Shown piece after piece: positions 25,095-38,004 of a stretch of DNA of 64,000 bases. This stretch comes from Octopus vulgaris (Eukaryota). The stretch is from positions 135,284,001 through 135,348,000 of the forward strand of contig OX597815.1 in NCBI GenBank assembly GCA_951406725.2, in the 5' to 3' direction. Both the position numbers and the translations under genes were made by a program. Each line of letters opens with the position of its first letter. Position 1 is the stretch's first letter. The notes below the pieces were generated by a model that worked only from the letters and a program-made list of their open reading frames with translations, had not been told where the DNA came from and searched no databases.

Positions 25095-26256
25095 TCATAA
25101 TAACTTCAAATTTTAGCAGAGGGGGATAGCAGATTATATTGACCAGAGTATTAGACTGGTACCAAGAAGATGGAAGCCAAAGCTGACCATAGTGAGATTT
25201 GAACTCAACAATAATAATTGTTTTAATTTAGGTACAAAGCCAGCAATATTGGGGAGGAAGGAGTTAGTCAATTACAACAACACTAGTACTTGACTGATAC
25301 TTTATCATATTGACACTAAAAGGATGAAAGGTAAAGCTGGCCTTAATAGGATTCAAGCTCAAACTCAGAATGGTAAAAGCTGAAAAAATCTGCTAACAAT
25401 TCTGCCAGCTCGCTGCCTTAGTAATAATAATAATAATAATAGTTTATAATTTAGGTATAAGACCAGCAATTTTGGAAGGGAGATAAGTTGATATCATCAT
25501 GCCTCTGCATTCCCAAGTACTTGACTGGAACTTTATTATATCAATCCCAAAGAGAAGAAAGGCAAAACTGACCTCACCAAGGTTTGAACTCAGAATGCAA
25601 AGACCTCTAACAAATGCTCAACAGACATTTTTCTCAATGTGCTAATGATTCTGCCACCTCACTATCTTATGATATTAATGGTTTCAAATTTCGGTGCAAG
25701 ACCACACAATTTCAACGGGAATAAATTGACAACATTAACCCTAGTATCTTTGATCTTTTACATGCTTCAGTCATTAGACTGTGGTCAGGATACCACCTTG
25801 AGGAATTTTAGTTGAATGAATTGAACCCTGTACTTATGATCCATTTTATTCTATCAATCTCTTTGCTGAACTGCTAAGTTACAGGGGTGTAAACACCAAC
25901 ACCAGTTGTCAAGTAGTGGTGGGGAACAAACACAGACACAAAGACACACACACCAGACTTCTTTAAGTTCCTGTCTATCAAATCCACTCGCAAGGATTTG
26001 GTTGGCCCACAAGTATAATACATGTTGCTCAAGGTGCCATGCAGTGAAACTGAACCCAGAACCAGGTGGTTAGGAAGCAAACTTCTAACCACTCAGCCAT
26101 GCCTGCACCTATACTTGACTGGTGCTTTATTTTACTGACCTCCAAAACAGCAAAAGGTAAAGTTAACCTGAGATTTGAACTTAATATATAAAGAGCAAGA
26201 ACATATATCACAAGGCATTTTTTTCTGATACTTGAAAGATTCTGCCAATCCACTGC
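25095..26256 (-). repeat. Head-to-tail array of four Nin/Deu-type SINEs, the last with a nested SINE
   Basis: Units start near 25095, 25211, 25421 and 25670. Each carries gtacttgactg, aaagg(c/t)aaag and gatttgaactca-like motifs, mostly ending ttctgcca, and the units are joined by (TAA)n. Confidence 0.75.
25748..26109 (-). mobile_element. Full-length tRNA-derived SINE nested in a Nin-type SINE
   Basis: Reverse complement of the 45557 family from cagtcattagactgtgg to cagccatgcctgcacct. The host SINE resumes at tacttgactgg (26111). Confidence 0.85.
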
Positions 26257-27070
26257 CACACTACTGTTGCTGATGATGATGATGATGACAGTGGTGGTAC
26301 TGCTGCTGCTACTTGTGACAATGAATAAAAACTATTATTTATATCTGGGTACTTTAGTAGTATGTTCTGACCATTTGCATGTACACACACACACACACAC
26401 AATCACAGACTAAAGATTTTAATACAGTATCACATGGCATATTGCAATGAAATTATATCCCAGAGAATGGAGAAAAGAAAGAGAAAAAAAAATATCAGAG
26501 AAATTACATCTAATGCAAGAGTTTGAACAACAACTGCAGACATGCTTCATTAATATAAGACTTATGGTGGAAGAGGAGGAGGAGAAAAACGATGCAAGGC
26601 ATGTTAACAAATATGCATCATCTGCAACAGATAATAGCACTGACTGTAGCTATAATTACTTTGTAAACAACAAAGAAACTAAGTAGTAAATAAACTAACT
26701 TTTGGCAAAATTACAGACAGATATATGTATGTCTGTATTTCATGATTATGCAATGTTATGGAATGTGATGATGAGTGGGAGTGAGCAGCAAAAGTGCAGC
26801 TGATATTGAATACATCAGCTGGTGTTTGCAGAATGGATTACAGTGTTGTTGAGGACATATGACGTAAAATAGACAATGAGTGCTAGGTAAAGTGGAAATG
26901 TGCAATGTGCCGACAGTGGGCGGGTACTGTGTAACAAACAGTAGGAGCAGAAAAACCAAACAGAAACCAGAGATGTCATGTGGGCAGTTCTCAGGATGTT
27001 GACATCATAGATTCACACAATATAGAAAAATGGAAATTAGAACAAATTTGATAACAATAACTATAGTGTG

Positions 27071-27108
<38 letters not shown>

Positions 27109-27425
27109 TGTGTACACTTGGAAAAATTACTAATAGTAAGTAAACAAAGCTGAGGCTCCACTCCAGTTTTTGAGTTTCCTATTTCCAGAAAGTGTGCTTA
27201 TGAGTGCGCATGCAAACATGCATGAGTGCACACATGTGTAAGTGTGTGTGTGTGCATACAAGCATATGTGCATGTGTGTGTGTGTGTGCGAGGGGGTGGT
27301 ATTCATATGTAACATTCAGAAAATTACATATCTGAACCATATTTTCATTCAATTGGCATTCTGGTTGCCCGTATGCATCAATAAATTGGTTAAAAATAAC
27401 TAGTAATGCTTTAAATTGTATTTGC

Positions 27426-27515
27426 TGGTGTCAGTTGCTATTCATTATGCATCAGGAAGGTCTGTTTTGAAGTTGACAGACTTTTCGTATGCATGATGAA
27501 TAACAATTGATGTCA
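27426..27515 (+). ncRNA. Candidate pre-miRNA-like hairpin (40-bp stem, 10-nt loop)
   Basis: Arms 27426-27465 and 27476-27515 pair at 37 of 40 positions on the plus strand (30 Watson-Crick, 7 G:U, 3 mismatches). No known miRNA was recognised. Confidence 0.3.
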
Positions 27516-29274
27516 AACCCCATGATTATTTGAAAGTGTAGGAAACACAATTTAAATCATAATTAATCTCATTTCTTCTCATTCACTGATCCATTAAATG
27601 AATCATAGTTTGGATAAAATTATCTTTTCTGACATGCATATGAATAAATATACATCTGACTATACATACATATACAGTGTACCCACTGCAACTATGGATG
27701 CATAAAAGAGATGTAAGTGAAATCGCAGACAAGCTGACAGAGAAAGAAGACTTTTGGTATAGAAGATGCACAGATGTGGTTAGCTGTTAGAAACCCCATG
27801 AAATAAATACTTTCAAATGCTCAGAACAATCCATGCAAGTAGTTATCTTCTCAAAATAAGATTATCAAATTAATAGTATAAATGGCTGCTCTGAAAGTAT
27901 AATAACCAGAGTTAGAATGAGAAGCAAATATTCAAAGAGCTGTTACTTCCACTAATGCTAGATTTTCTTTCTGAGTGAAGGGCAGATTTTATGATGTCTG
28001 TGTACAAACTGATATTTCCTGATAGTAAAACATGGGCACTTTATCTTCTTCTTCCTCCTCATCATCATGTATAAATAAATGTTTGCTTTTATGTGAAGTT
28101 GTGCCTAGAAACAATTTAACACTGAATTTAAGGACCACTCAATACATTTTAATAGAATACACATTACATTAATATTTTTCAAACCTTTTCTAGGAAAGCA
28201 TTTACACTCATGTGTGTGCATGCATGTGTGTATGTGTGAGTATGTATGCATATATAAATATCACTGAGCCCTCAAGCTGTCCTGAACAGGTTTAAATGAC
28301 AAGGGAAATAAGATACTCTGCTGTTGCTTAACCACAGGTCAGCAGTGACAACTCTGTCTTTTATTTTCAGGCAGAGTATACCAAAGATTATAGTCTTTAA
28401 TGTGTGCCCCCCCCCAGCACCCCTTTTTTTTTTTACAAAAACAGTAGAGTTGGATTTGAAAGAAGTTTGAATGCAAATGAAGCAACTGTATATAGACGCT
28501 CTTTGTTGGCTTAATTACCTTATGCTGGTTTCTTTGACTAAGCATGCAATGGTGACCAGGACATGAATGATGTAACTGAATAATGACAATGAGTTTACAA
28601 TTTTACCAGGTGTATAAGCATTTGTGGAGTTTCTTGAGTTTCTTGTATTAAAAAAGCAACAAAAAAAGAATGAAATAAATATCTCCTAAAAACTGAAAGG
28701 GCCTTGGAGAACTAGTGATTAACTCTACCTTTATGGTATAATGTAGACAAAAGATAAACCTCACCGTATATAAGATGCAAATTTTCCTGCAGAAAATAGT
28801 TCCAAATTGGTACATATTTTAACAGCTAAATAAACTGAGGTAATGTAGACTAAAAGACCCTTCTTACAAACAACAAAATTAGTGTAGTGATAAACCACAA
28901 ATAAGCAGCCTAGTACTTCATTGACCTTATTTGACCTCAAAAACAGTGTATGTATCCCAGTTATAGGATAGGTACATCATATCCTGCAAGTTGTATTTTA
29001 ATTGACTGGAGAAGGATGGAAAGCAAAGTCCATCTTGGAAGTTCTGAATTCAGAATGTAAGAGTACACAAATACTACAAGACATTTAATCCATCATTATA
29101 TCGATTCTACAAGATATAAAATTACAACTTCAACTATTTTTGAAGGAGTGGTACCACATTAAACGGATGCCAGTACTTGAAAGGAGTTTTAAGTTATTGA
29201 CAGAACTTGAGGCTTGGAAACATTATCATCATCATCATTATTATTATTATTATTATTATTATCATTATTTCTAG

Positions 29275-29460
29275 GAGAAATGCTTAGTGGTATTTCGTCT
29301 GTCTTTACATCCTCGGTTCAAATTCTGCCAAGGTTAACTTGCTTTCATCCTTTGAGGTTCAATAAATTAAGTACCAGTGAAACACTGGGATCGATGTAAT
29401 CAACTAGTCCTCTCCCGCCAAATGTCAGGTCTTGTGCCTTTAGTAGAAAGGATTATTATT
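29275..29460 (+). mobile_element. Nin/Deu-domain SINE (5'-truncated)
   Basis: ggttcaaattctgccaaggttaacttgctttcatcctttgaggttcaataaattaagtaccag...cttgtgcc followed by (TTA)n. Confidence 0.8.
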
Positions 29461-30447
29461 ATCAATAATATTACTGTTGTTGTTGTTGATGCTAAATCAC
29501 ATAATTGTTTGTCCCCAATCGAAGTAACACATGCAGAGGAATCAAAATCATTTCTGACTGGCTGATATGCGAACTGATCAAAACAATTCATGTCATGCAA
29601 TAAAAAAAAAACAATAAAAAAAAACAAATGCATACACCCCTGCTTTCCATGGTGAATGTGATTTACCAGTGTCACTGTCTGTAAAGTCAACTCAGCATCT
29701 TCTTACATATAGTTTCCTGAACCACAGGCTGTTTATCTAGATGCCATCTAATAGACATTACAAGTGTATTCAAAACCCCACATAGAAAATTGGAAAAGTT
29801 TGTTTAGAAATCTCCCCCTAACACTTGACTTCCTATGGTTCTTATGCAGATAGATACTGCACTCAAGCACTGCCTGGGCTACATGTGTTTATACATCTGT
29901 CTGTGCTTACATTTGCTGATGAAACCATGTGTTGCTATTTCCTGTAAACATTATAATACCACTTTATGCTACATTATATATATATGGATTAGTGTCATTC
30001 TTTTAATATATACACACACGTGTGTTGATGTGTGTGTATAAATATGCATACATACACACACATAAATATACATATATATACATACAAATATTCACAAACA
30101 CACACACATATATATATATATATACACACACATACATATATATACACATACATATTCACACTCACAAACACAAAGTATATATAGGTTCTGCACAGCAGGT
30201 TCAGTCCCACAGCATGGGCACGTGTCTTCTACTATAGCCCTAAGCTGACAAATGTCTAGTGAGTTAATTTATTTGATGGGAACTGTGTGGAAGCTTGTCA
30301 TATGTTTCTGTGTCTGTAACTTAGCTGCCTGACCAGAAAGACTGATACAATATGTACCAGAGTTAAAAAGAATACAAACCCTTCAAAGGCGATGCCCTAG
30401 CATGGATGCAGTCCAATAACTAAACAAATGGAAAAGATACATACATG

Positions 30448-30664
30448 TACTCTTTTCTACTCTAGGCACAAGGCCCGAAATTTTGGGGAAGGGGCCAGTT
30501 GATTAGATTAACCCTAATACACAAGTGGTACTTAATTTATCAACCCTGAAAGGATGAAAGGCTAAGTCGACCTTGGCAGAATTTGAACTCAGAACATAAA
30601 TGCAGATGAAATACCGCTAAGCATTTCATCTGGCATGCTAACGTTTCTGCCAGCTCGCCACCTT
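30448..30664 (-). mobile_element. Full-length Nin/Deu-domain SINE
   Basis: Minus strand reads ggtggcgagctggcagaaacgttagc...gagttcaaattctgccaaggtcgacttagcctttcatcctttcagggttgataaattaagtaccac, i.e. a tRNA head plus the Nin/Deu core. Confidence 0.85.
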
Positions 30665-30703
30665 ATATATACATATGTTATTTGTTATTTACTCCAAATT
30701 CAG

Positions 30704-30870
30704 CATCATCATCACCATCATCACTATTTAAAGTCTGTTTTCCATGCTGGCATGGGCTGGACGTTTTGACAGGAGCTGGCAAACCAGAGGGCTGGATGCC
30801 CTTCCTAATGCCAATCACTTTATAAAGTGTATGGGTGCTCTTTTAAGTGACACTGGTATGGGTGCATTTT
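30704..30870 (-). mobile_element. RTE LINE 3' tail fragment
   Basis: (CAT)n, ttttccatgctggcatggg and ggatgcccttcctaatgcc. Confidence 0.7.
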
Positions 30871-31249
30871 TAAGTGGTGCTGACTTACAAGGTTCAAATC
30901 AGGAATTTTATCATTGATCCCACTATAAGTCACAGTGACTTTTTTGATGTTGGAGAGCAAAGTTTGATTAGGAATCACATCAACATAGTTATTGTTCAGT
31001 AACTGAGCTTTCAGTAAGCTTAAGATGACTTACAGCAACTGTTATCCTATTAAATCCATGCATTTTAGAAACTGTTGTTTATAATGTAAAATTTTTTCCT
31101 TGTGTGTGGCAGGTTTGGTACCCTTCAACTAACACTATCTCTTCCAAGACCCTGCGGCGCAAGTTGATCAAAATTGATGTGTTTATCATATCGAGACTTA
31201 ATTGCCTCGATACTTTACCTTTACTTTTTTATTTATGCCTTTCATTATT

Positions 31250-31648
31250 TACTTTACTTAACTTGTTTCAGTCATTTGACTGTGGCCATGCTGGAGCACC
31301 GCCTTTAGTCGAATCAAATCGACCCCAGGAATTATTCTTTGTAAGCCTAGTGCTTATTCTATCGGTTTCTTTTGCCGAACTGCTAAGTTACGGGGACCTA
31401 AACACACTAGCTTCAGTTGTCAAGCGATGCTGGGGGCGGGGGGGCAAACACAGATACACAACATATACACACACATACATATATACGATGGGCTTCTTTC
31501 AGTTTCTGTCTACCAAATCCACTCACAAGGCTTTGGTCGGCCCAAGGCTATAGTAGAAGACACTTGCTCAAGGTGCCATGCAATGGGAGTGAACCCAGAA
31601 CCATGTGGCTGGTAAGCAAGCTACTTACCACACAGCCACTCCTGCGCC
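31250..31648 (-). mobile_element. Full-length tRNA-derived SINE
   Basis: Reverse complement of the 45557-45960 family, ending ccacacagccactcctgcgcc. Confidence 0.9.
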
Positions 31649-31839
31649 TACTATTAGGACACTTTTGCAGCAACTGACACACAAAATCATGCAGTCATAT
31701 ATGTTATAATTGGAAAAAAATACAATAAACCGTTTTAAATTGTAAGGAAGTGTATAAAACATTGTGACAAAAATCGAAAGAATAAATGATGGAAGAACTG
31801 TGTTATACTAATCATCATTTTCACCAAATAACTGGCAAA

Positions 31840-32552
31840 ACTCCTCTGTTGAGATAGTTTTGTCATATACACTTCATACACCAACCAGGGGATGCTTTAA
31901 AGTCAGATATACCATGTTCTTTAGTCACTTGGAGAGCTCACAATCTAATGATGCTTCCCGTGACAAGTCCATTTGTGTGTAGTTCAGTCGCTCAGTCTCT
32001 CAAAATAGTTTCTGTCTCCTCATTGGGACTCATTCCTGTCTTTCTGTAACAATTTGGTATCAATGGATTTCATATTCTCCTATTTCAAATGCCAATCCCT
32101 GACCATTTTTTTTCCTGGGACCCCAAATTCTCTTTCTGCAGCTTGATTCAAATGCGACTTAGCGTATTCAACAACTTTCAGCTTGAAAGTGATATCATAC
32201 AAATTCCTCTTTCTCATCGTGTTAACAAATAACATGGTGTCAAATTAACGAAAGACAAGCACAGTACAAAAACAAATAAGCGTTAAATTCACTTTTTTTA
32301 AAATTAATTGTTTATTTCATATTAAGAGAAATAAAGAAATATATAAAGAAATATCTAAAGATCATCTTTCGTGTACTCCTTGGCTTTGAAATTAATGATT
32401 TGGATTTTTTCAGTTATTCCAACTGTTGGAACTTCAGATGTGGTCTGTACCTAAAAAATATCTAAATATTTTTTTATAGGATGCACTTATAAGTTGCACC
32501 CCCAACTTTAGGTGAAAATTTCAAGGAAAAGAAAGTGCAACGGTATATACGG
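31840..32552 (-). mobile_element. pogo-superfamily (POGK/Passer-like) transposon 5' remnant
   Basis: Minus strand has the terminus TA|ccgtatatac. The ATG at 32217 gives MRKRNLYDITFKLKVVEYAKSHLNQAAEREFGVPGKKMVRDW (Brinker-like HTH), and later GSIIRL*ALQVTKEHGISDFKASPGWC (CENP-B-type HTH). Confidence 0.8.
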
Positions 32553-33427
32553 TAATTTTACTCAGCTAACCATTTTAAGGAACCTCTTAAGTAGCTTTGT
32601 TTTGATACTGGGAGTAGGGAGTACATATGCTGTAGAAGCTTACTTTGTGGTTTATTTTGTTAATATTTATGCCTGTTAATACTGGTGATGATGATGATGA
32701 TGGTAGCAAATTTTGTTGTCGTCATTGTTATGGTATTAAGTGGAATTTGTAGCAAAGGAGGAATTGATGGTGATGATAGAGGGGTAGGTATGAATGCATC
32801 ATTAATGTTGTAGATGGTTTTTTGTTGTTGTTTTTTTTTACTAATGCTGTTGTGTAATTTTCCATTTCCAGACATACACATACATATATATAAGCACACT
32901 TTCATGTTCTAGAAATCATATTCATCAGATAAAAGATCCATATTTTCTACTTTTCTCTATCACATATGAAATATGATGATATCAGAGGGAATGAAGTGTG
33001 AGGGGAACGTATGACATGCATCCACCATATGTTGCTGTTTTCCCTTTTTAATATCTTGTTTGCTTTCCTAAGGTGTTTTGTTGTGTTTTGTTTTCTTTAG
33101 GTAAATAATTACATAAACAGATGGCAAAGAGAAAACAAAACAAAAACACAACTACAACAGAAAAATAAAGACACTGTTAATTCTATCCTGCCCCGCTCCA
33201 CAGCCCAACTAATACTTTATTCTGAAGAAATCAGGTGGAAAAAAAAAAGCACAGAACTGTTGCATTTGTAATAAAGTTTTGTCTTTTGATATTATGATAT
33301 TGTACAACAGCTTGAATAATGAATAACATTTTACCTCACAAATTCAAATCTCATTGTCACATGTAGCTGGTCAAAATATAAATAAAATATATTTTTTCAT
33401 GTTACATTGCCACATGCGACTGGCAAA

Positions 33428-33945
33428 TCTATATATCTAAAGCTGAAGTTGTCTGTGTATGGCAGGTTTGGTAGCCTTCAACTAAAACAATCTCCTCCGA
33501 GACTCTGCGGAGCAAGTTGACCAAAATTGAGAGTATGATAGAAGAAGGCTTGCTCTTCCTTCCGTACAAGAAAAAATTCAAATCGGACCATGTTAATGCC
33601 AAAAATTATTTACATCAAAAAGGTGCTTTTTTTCTATGAAAATCCCTATCTTTTATGATTTTTTTACTGCTGTGTCGCCATTTTCGGTGTATTTCAACCA
33701 GAAAAATGTTCACTTAAAGCAGTGCTTTTCAACCTTTTCGCTGGAGCGGAACCTCAAGAAAACATTTCACTGGCTCGAGGAACCCCTGTGCAATAACTTA
33801 ATTGTCTTATGCACACATATCTGCACAGGAGAATTAAAAATTACTGCCGATTTTAGCAGTTTTGTAACTTCTTGCGGAACCCCTGGACTGTACTGGCGGA
33901 ACCCTGGTCGAAAACCACTGACTTAAAGAGAATAACACTTAAAGA
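33428..33945 (+). mobile_element. Non-autonomous Helitron-like element 5' part (contains a hAT MITE)
   Basis: Starts A|TCTATATATCTAAAG, and a second partial copy lies at 31102-31180. No 3' CTAG/hairpin was seen because it is truncated by an RTE tail. Confidence 0.45.
33720..33920. mobile_element. hAT (Charlie-like) MITE, 201 bp
   Basis: TIRs cagtgcttttcaacc / ggtcgaaaaccactg with a perfect 8-bp TSD acttaaag (33712-33719 and 33921-33928). Confidence 0.9.
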
Positions 33946-34090
33946 GAAGCACCCACTACACTCTCTAGAAACATTGCCAGATCAGATTGGAGCCTGGTGA
34001 AGCCGTTGGCTCTCCAGACCTCAGTCAAACCAACAAACCCATGCCAGCATGAAAAACGGACATTAAATGATGATGATGATGATGATGATG
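33946..34090 (+). mobile_element. RTE LINE 3' terminal fragment
   Basis: aagcacccactacactctc...catgaaaaacggacattaaat(gat)n. Confidence 0.85.
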
Positions 34091-34543
34091 AGTGTCCACA
34101 ATGTCATGTACCTTGTACTGGGTTATACTCTTAAGGTTATACTTTTCTTTATGTTGTATGTAATTAGTAACAGATACATGTATCCCATCAATTTCATATA
34201 CATAGTCAAAATATACAGATGAGAGTATGTTGGGTCAGAGTATTCTATAGCCAAATGCCCTTCTTATTACCAACCTTTATTTCTATCAAAAAAACAGCCA
34301 ACACATGTCTACGCAAATGGCACTACAGATAAACCGTTTTTGTCAACATGTGCTCATTCTCACACATGTGTAGGCAAGTGAAATATAAACTCACTCACAC
34401 CAATACACATATATATATGATGGGAATTTTCATTTATCATCAGCCAAAGCAAACTTCTTAAGCACCAAACCTGCATAGATATGTATAATCTCTCTCTGCA
34501 CACACAATACACACACAAGCATCAGTAGTAATGATAAACACAA

Positions 34544-34757
34544 GTTTATATCATTTGTTTCTTGCATGCATTCCGCCATTGTGGTTATTTGCAAGCTCTG
34601 CATTTCGCAACAGATCATCAGGGGAATACTTCATTGCATTATGATATGCAGATCAAATGTCTGAGGCGATTGGAACATCTAATGCAGAGATTGCGAATAA
34701 CTGCAATGGTTATTTACAATGGTGAAATGTACATAGGGAACAAGTGATAATATAAAC
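34544..34757. repeat. Imperfect ~210-bp fold-back (old MITE-like)
   Basis: Left arm gtttatatcatttgtttc...ccattgt.gttatttgcaagctctgcatt matches the reverse complement of right arm aatgcagagattgcgaataac...acaatgg...gaacaagtgataatataaac. Confidence 0.7.
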
Positions 34758-35464
34758 ATGTAATTGCTGCCATCTAGAAATAATAGTTGCAAAATCCCTT
34801 TCTGGGAAAGTCTACATGAATTCAACCAGTATTTAAGAAAGAACACAGAAACTGAATATATTCAGTTCTTGGAAATGAGACTGTAGAGGTCTGGAAATAT
34901 TGAATATGAATTTGGGAACTTTATTATTCCAAACTAGATGTAAAACAACTAATACAAAAATAGGAAAAATCTAAAATAAAAATAAAAACCTTGAACATGT
35001 TTACTGATATGTGTGTGTATGAAAGAGAGAGAGAGAGAAAGAGAGTGTATGTGTGTGTTTATGTAAGTATAAATTTAAGCATGTATATTTTTTTGAAATT
35101 CAGTTACAGTTTTTCTCCTGTAACTAAATAAATGTTTGGCATCAAGAAATTGACAAGGCTCTGTTGTTTTAGCTTAGACAGTAGCAGATATTCATGTTCA
35201 AGTAAGTGCATTTGTGTAGGTTTGTGTGCATGCACGCATGCAACGACGATTTCTTTGAGAATCTTTGGAATTTATGCTTATGTATGTTTTACTTGTTTCA
35301 GTCATTAGACTGTGGCCATGATGCTGGGGCATTTACTATTTGTATATTCAAAACTTGCATATCAATAAAAAAAATAAATCTTTTTTATCCTATTTATTTA
35401 TTTATTTGTTCTTTTAGCCAGCTCTGAATATTCAAATTATACTTTTAATTCCAACTCACTATAT

Positions 35465-35735
35465 TCTGAGTTCAGATCCTATCAATGTCAACTTTTCTTT
35501 CCATCCTTTCAGAGTCAATAAAAAAATACCAATCTGGTACAGGTATTGATGTAACTGACTAACTCACTTGCCTCAAAACTGCTGCCCATGTGCTTACATT
35601 AGAACCAAAATTTAGCAGGAGGGAGCTAGTCAATTATATCAACCTTGGTTATTATAATCTTGACTGGTACTTATTTCATTGAACCTGACAGGATGAAAAG
35701 CAAAGCTGGCCGCAGTGGAATCTGAACTCAGAAGG
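35465..35735. mobile_element. Two Nin-type SINEs in tail-to-tail inverted orientation
   Basis: Plus copy 35465-35605 (ttctgagttcagatcc...tccatcctttcagagtcaata) and minus copy 35610-35735 (gactggtacttattt...ggatgaaaagcaaag...gaactcagaa). Confidence 0.65.
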
Positions 35736-37482
35736 TAAAGATAGGATCACTGCAACTGAAATTCCCTTTGATCATAGATCAGATGCTAAATATCAAAACT
35801 CCTTTTACTCAATATATATTATGTATGCATTCTCATTAAATATCTATTAGATATCTATACTGCAGTCAATGAAGAAACCTTTACAGTTATGTAACAAACT
35901 AGAAATATCAACCAAATCTCCTTTAATTCATGCTACCAACCTAACAGGGAAGAGACACATTACATGTACTCTGGAAAAGATGATATTGTTATGACTAAGA
36001 TATCTTGAAACAAAGGTCTACGTGATTAAGGTACTCTTAAAGTTAAACAACAAATTATACAGTTGTAACCATTTTGCATGCTAACAGAACTTATTTTATG
36101 GAATTATTTTGTTAACTTCCAGCACATAGGTCAAGGCAAAACAACTAATAAATACAGTAGCTATCATTATTGCAAAAACCAATATCATCTTTATGATAGC
36201 ATTGACAGTATCAACAACTATCAGTGCTCTATCAATGTAATATATATCACTGTTACAATCAGTCATCACAACCATTGCTTTCACTATCACCAATATCTCC
36301 ATTACCAGCCATGCAACACCAGCAAAACAACAAGGGAACCAACAAGATCCTCCATACTCTTCAAACAGCAACCAAACCTCCTTCAAGTCATATCCTACTA
36401 TCTTGAAGATGCAAATGATTTTCAAGGATCCACAAATTATAAGATCTTCCCGTTCATGGAAGCTACATAAAGAAACAGAAATGTTTAACTGTTTTTACTT
36501 CATTTTCCTTTTTAAGTTTTTGTTTGCTTTTTTTCCTTCTCGCATGTAAGGCATACTTTATGCCTTTCTCAGTTTGTCATAGTTTACCAGTTTTACATTG
36601 TTTAAATTCATAAAATGAATTAATAATGAATACGAAGTGAACTCTTCAAACAATGTAGTCTTTGGTATGTAAAAAGACAGCATGGATATGTCTGGAATGG
36701 TTTTGATTATAAGTTTGCTCCATCAAGGGTGAATTTTGATTAAACAACAACTATATTAAAACAGGACGGTCACACTGAGTAATATGGTCTTAGATACACT
36801 ATATCAACAATTAAAAGATAGGATGGTCACAGATGGAACAACTTTTGATCATATGTCAGCTTCTTCTGAACTCATCAAGTACAACATAACATATCTATAC
36901 TTATACAGCTATTATGCATGCTGATAAAAAGTTATTTCATATATTTATTTCAGTAACTTCTAGTGTAGATGTCAAATCTTTCCATAGTTTTGTTTTCTAG
37001 TAGCAAGACACAAAACTATACAAGGTTAACCTGTACTCTCAATGGCATGACAGATAAAAGAAAGCTGCTTGACTTAGGAGTATATAGCATTTCTCAGTTG
37101 CGGGATAAATCTACATATGGACAAGATGTTAGTTTATTGCAGTTAACTTAGTATAAACGATTGATACAATTCTAATTTCTTGTTAATTTCTATATTATTT
37201 GGTTAAATACTACCAACAGTATACTAGGTGAACTGAGGCAATGTAGAATAAAACATGGTGAAACATCAACCACGGATCTGAACTTAAGATTCATGAATCC
37301 ATCAAAACAAATGTCATATGTCCGATGTCAGTTTGTGCTTGTCTTGACATTTGATTTGCTGCCTTAGTAATCTCATCCAGTTATGATTTTGTCCCTAACA
37401 GCTAATGTCAAATCCTCTGTTTTGGCTAGATCACATTTAAACAGAAAAGATTAATAAATATGTTTTGAACCAGTGACATGAA

Positions 37483-37652
37483 GGAAGTACTCAGTACACT
37501 CTGAAAAGTGGCTGGCATTAGGAAGGGCATCTAGTCATAGAAACCATGCCAAAGATGACATCAGAGCCAGGTGCAGCCCTGCAGATTGCTGGTTCCCTGT
37601 CAAACCATCCCACACATGTCAGCATGGAAAGCAAATATTATATGATGATGAT
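37483..37652 (+). mobile_element. RTE LINE 3' terminal fragment
   Basis: gtggctggcattaggaagggcatc...agcatggaaagcaaatattatatgatgatgatg. Confidence 0.75.
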
Positions 37653-37957
37653 GTTCAGTACTGGTCTGTTTTAATGACATACAACACAATGATCTGTGTC
37701 TCCAGTAGGCCATCACAGTAAGGCCACCACCAGCATCATCAACATCACCGCCCCCCCACCCCCCATTAAACTATAAGGTCTGATTGATAACAACATGAAG
37801 TAAAACCATCTGGTAGCCACACCAGGACAGAGAGCAAGTTTTAATAAGTTTAGCCACTGTTATTGAAACCTAATACTTTCCTAAAAATAAGTTGTACTTT
37901 TAACAAGTTGTGCCTCGAATGTAAAACACAGTGTACTTGTTTTATAACTTTTAGTTA

Positions 37958-38004
<47 letters not shown>

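Noticed and set aside
26447-26686. Glu/Lys-rich 79-aa ORF
   Set aside because: It is purine-rich low-complexity sequence with no domain or clear splice signals.
34562-34747. ORF with ankyrin-like DHQGNTSLHY
   Set aside because: It is a single short motif inside the loop of a fold-back repeat, with no further ankyrin consensus or convincing splice sites.
36078-36470. 130-aa and 109-aa opposing ORFs
   Set aside because: They lie in low-complexity CAT/CAA-rich sequence with no recognisable domain.
37028-37110. Minus-strand candidate exon (IYPATEKCY...)
   Set aside because: All frames hit a stop before the weak donor.
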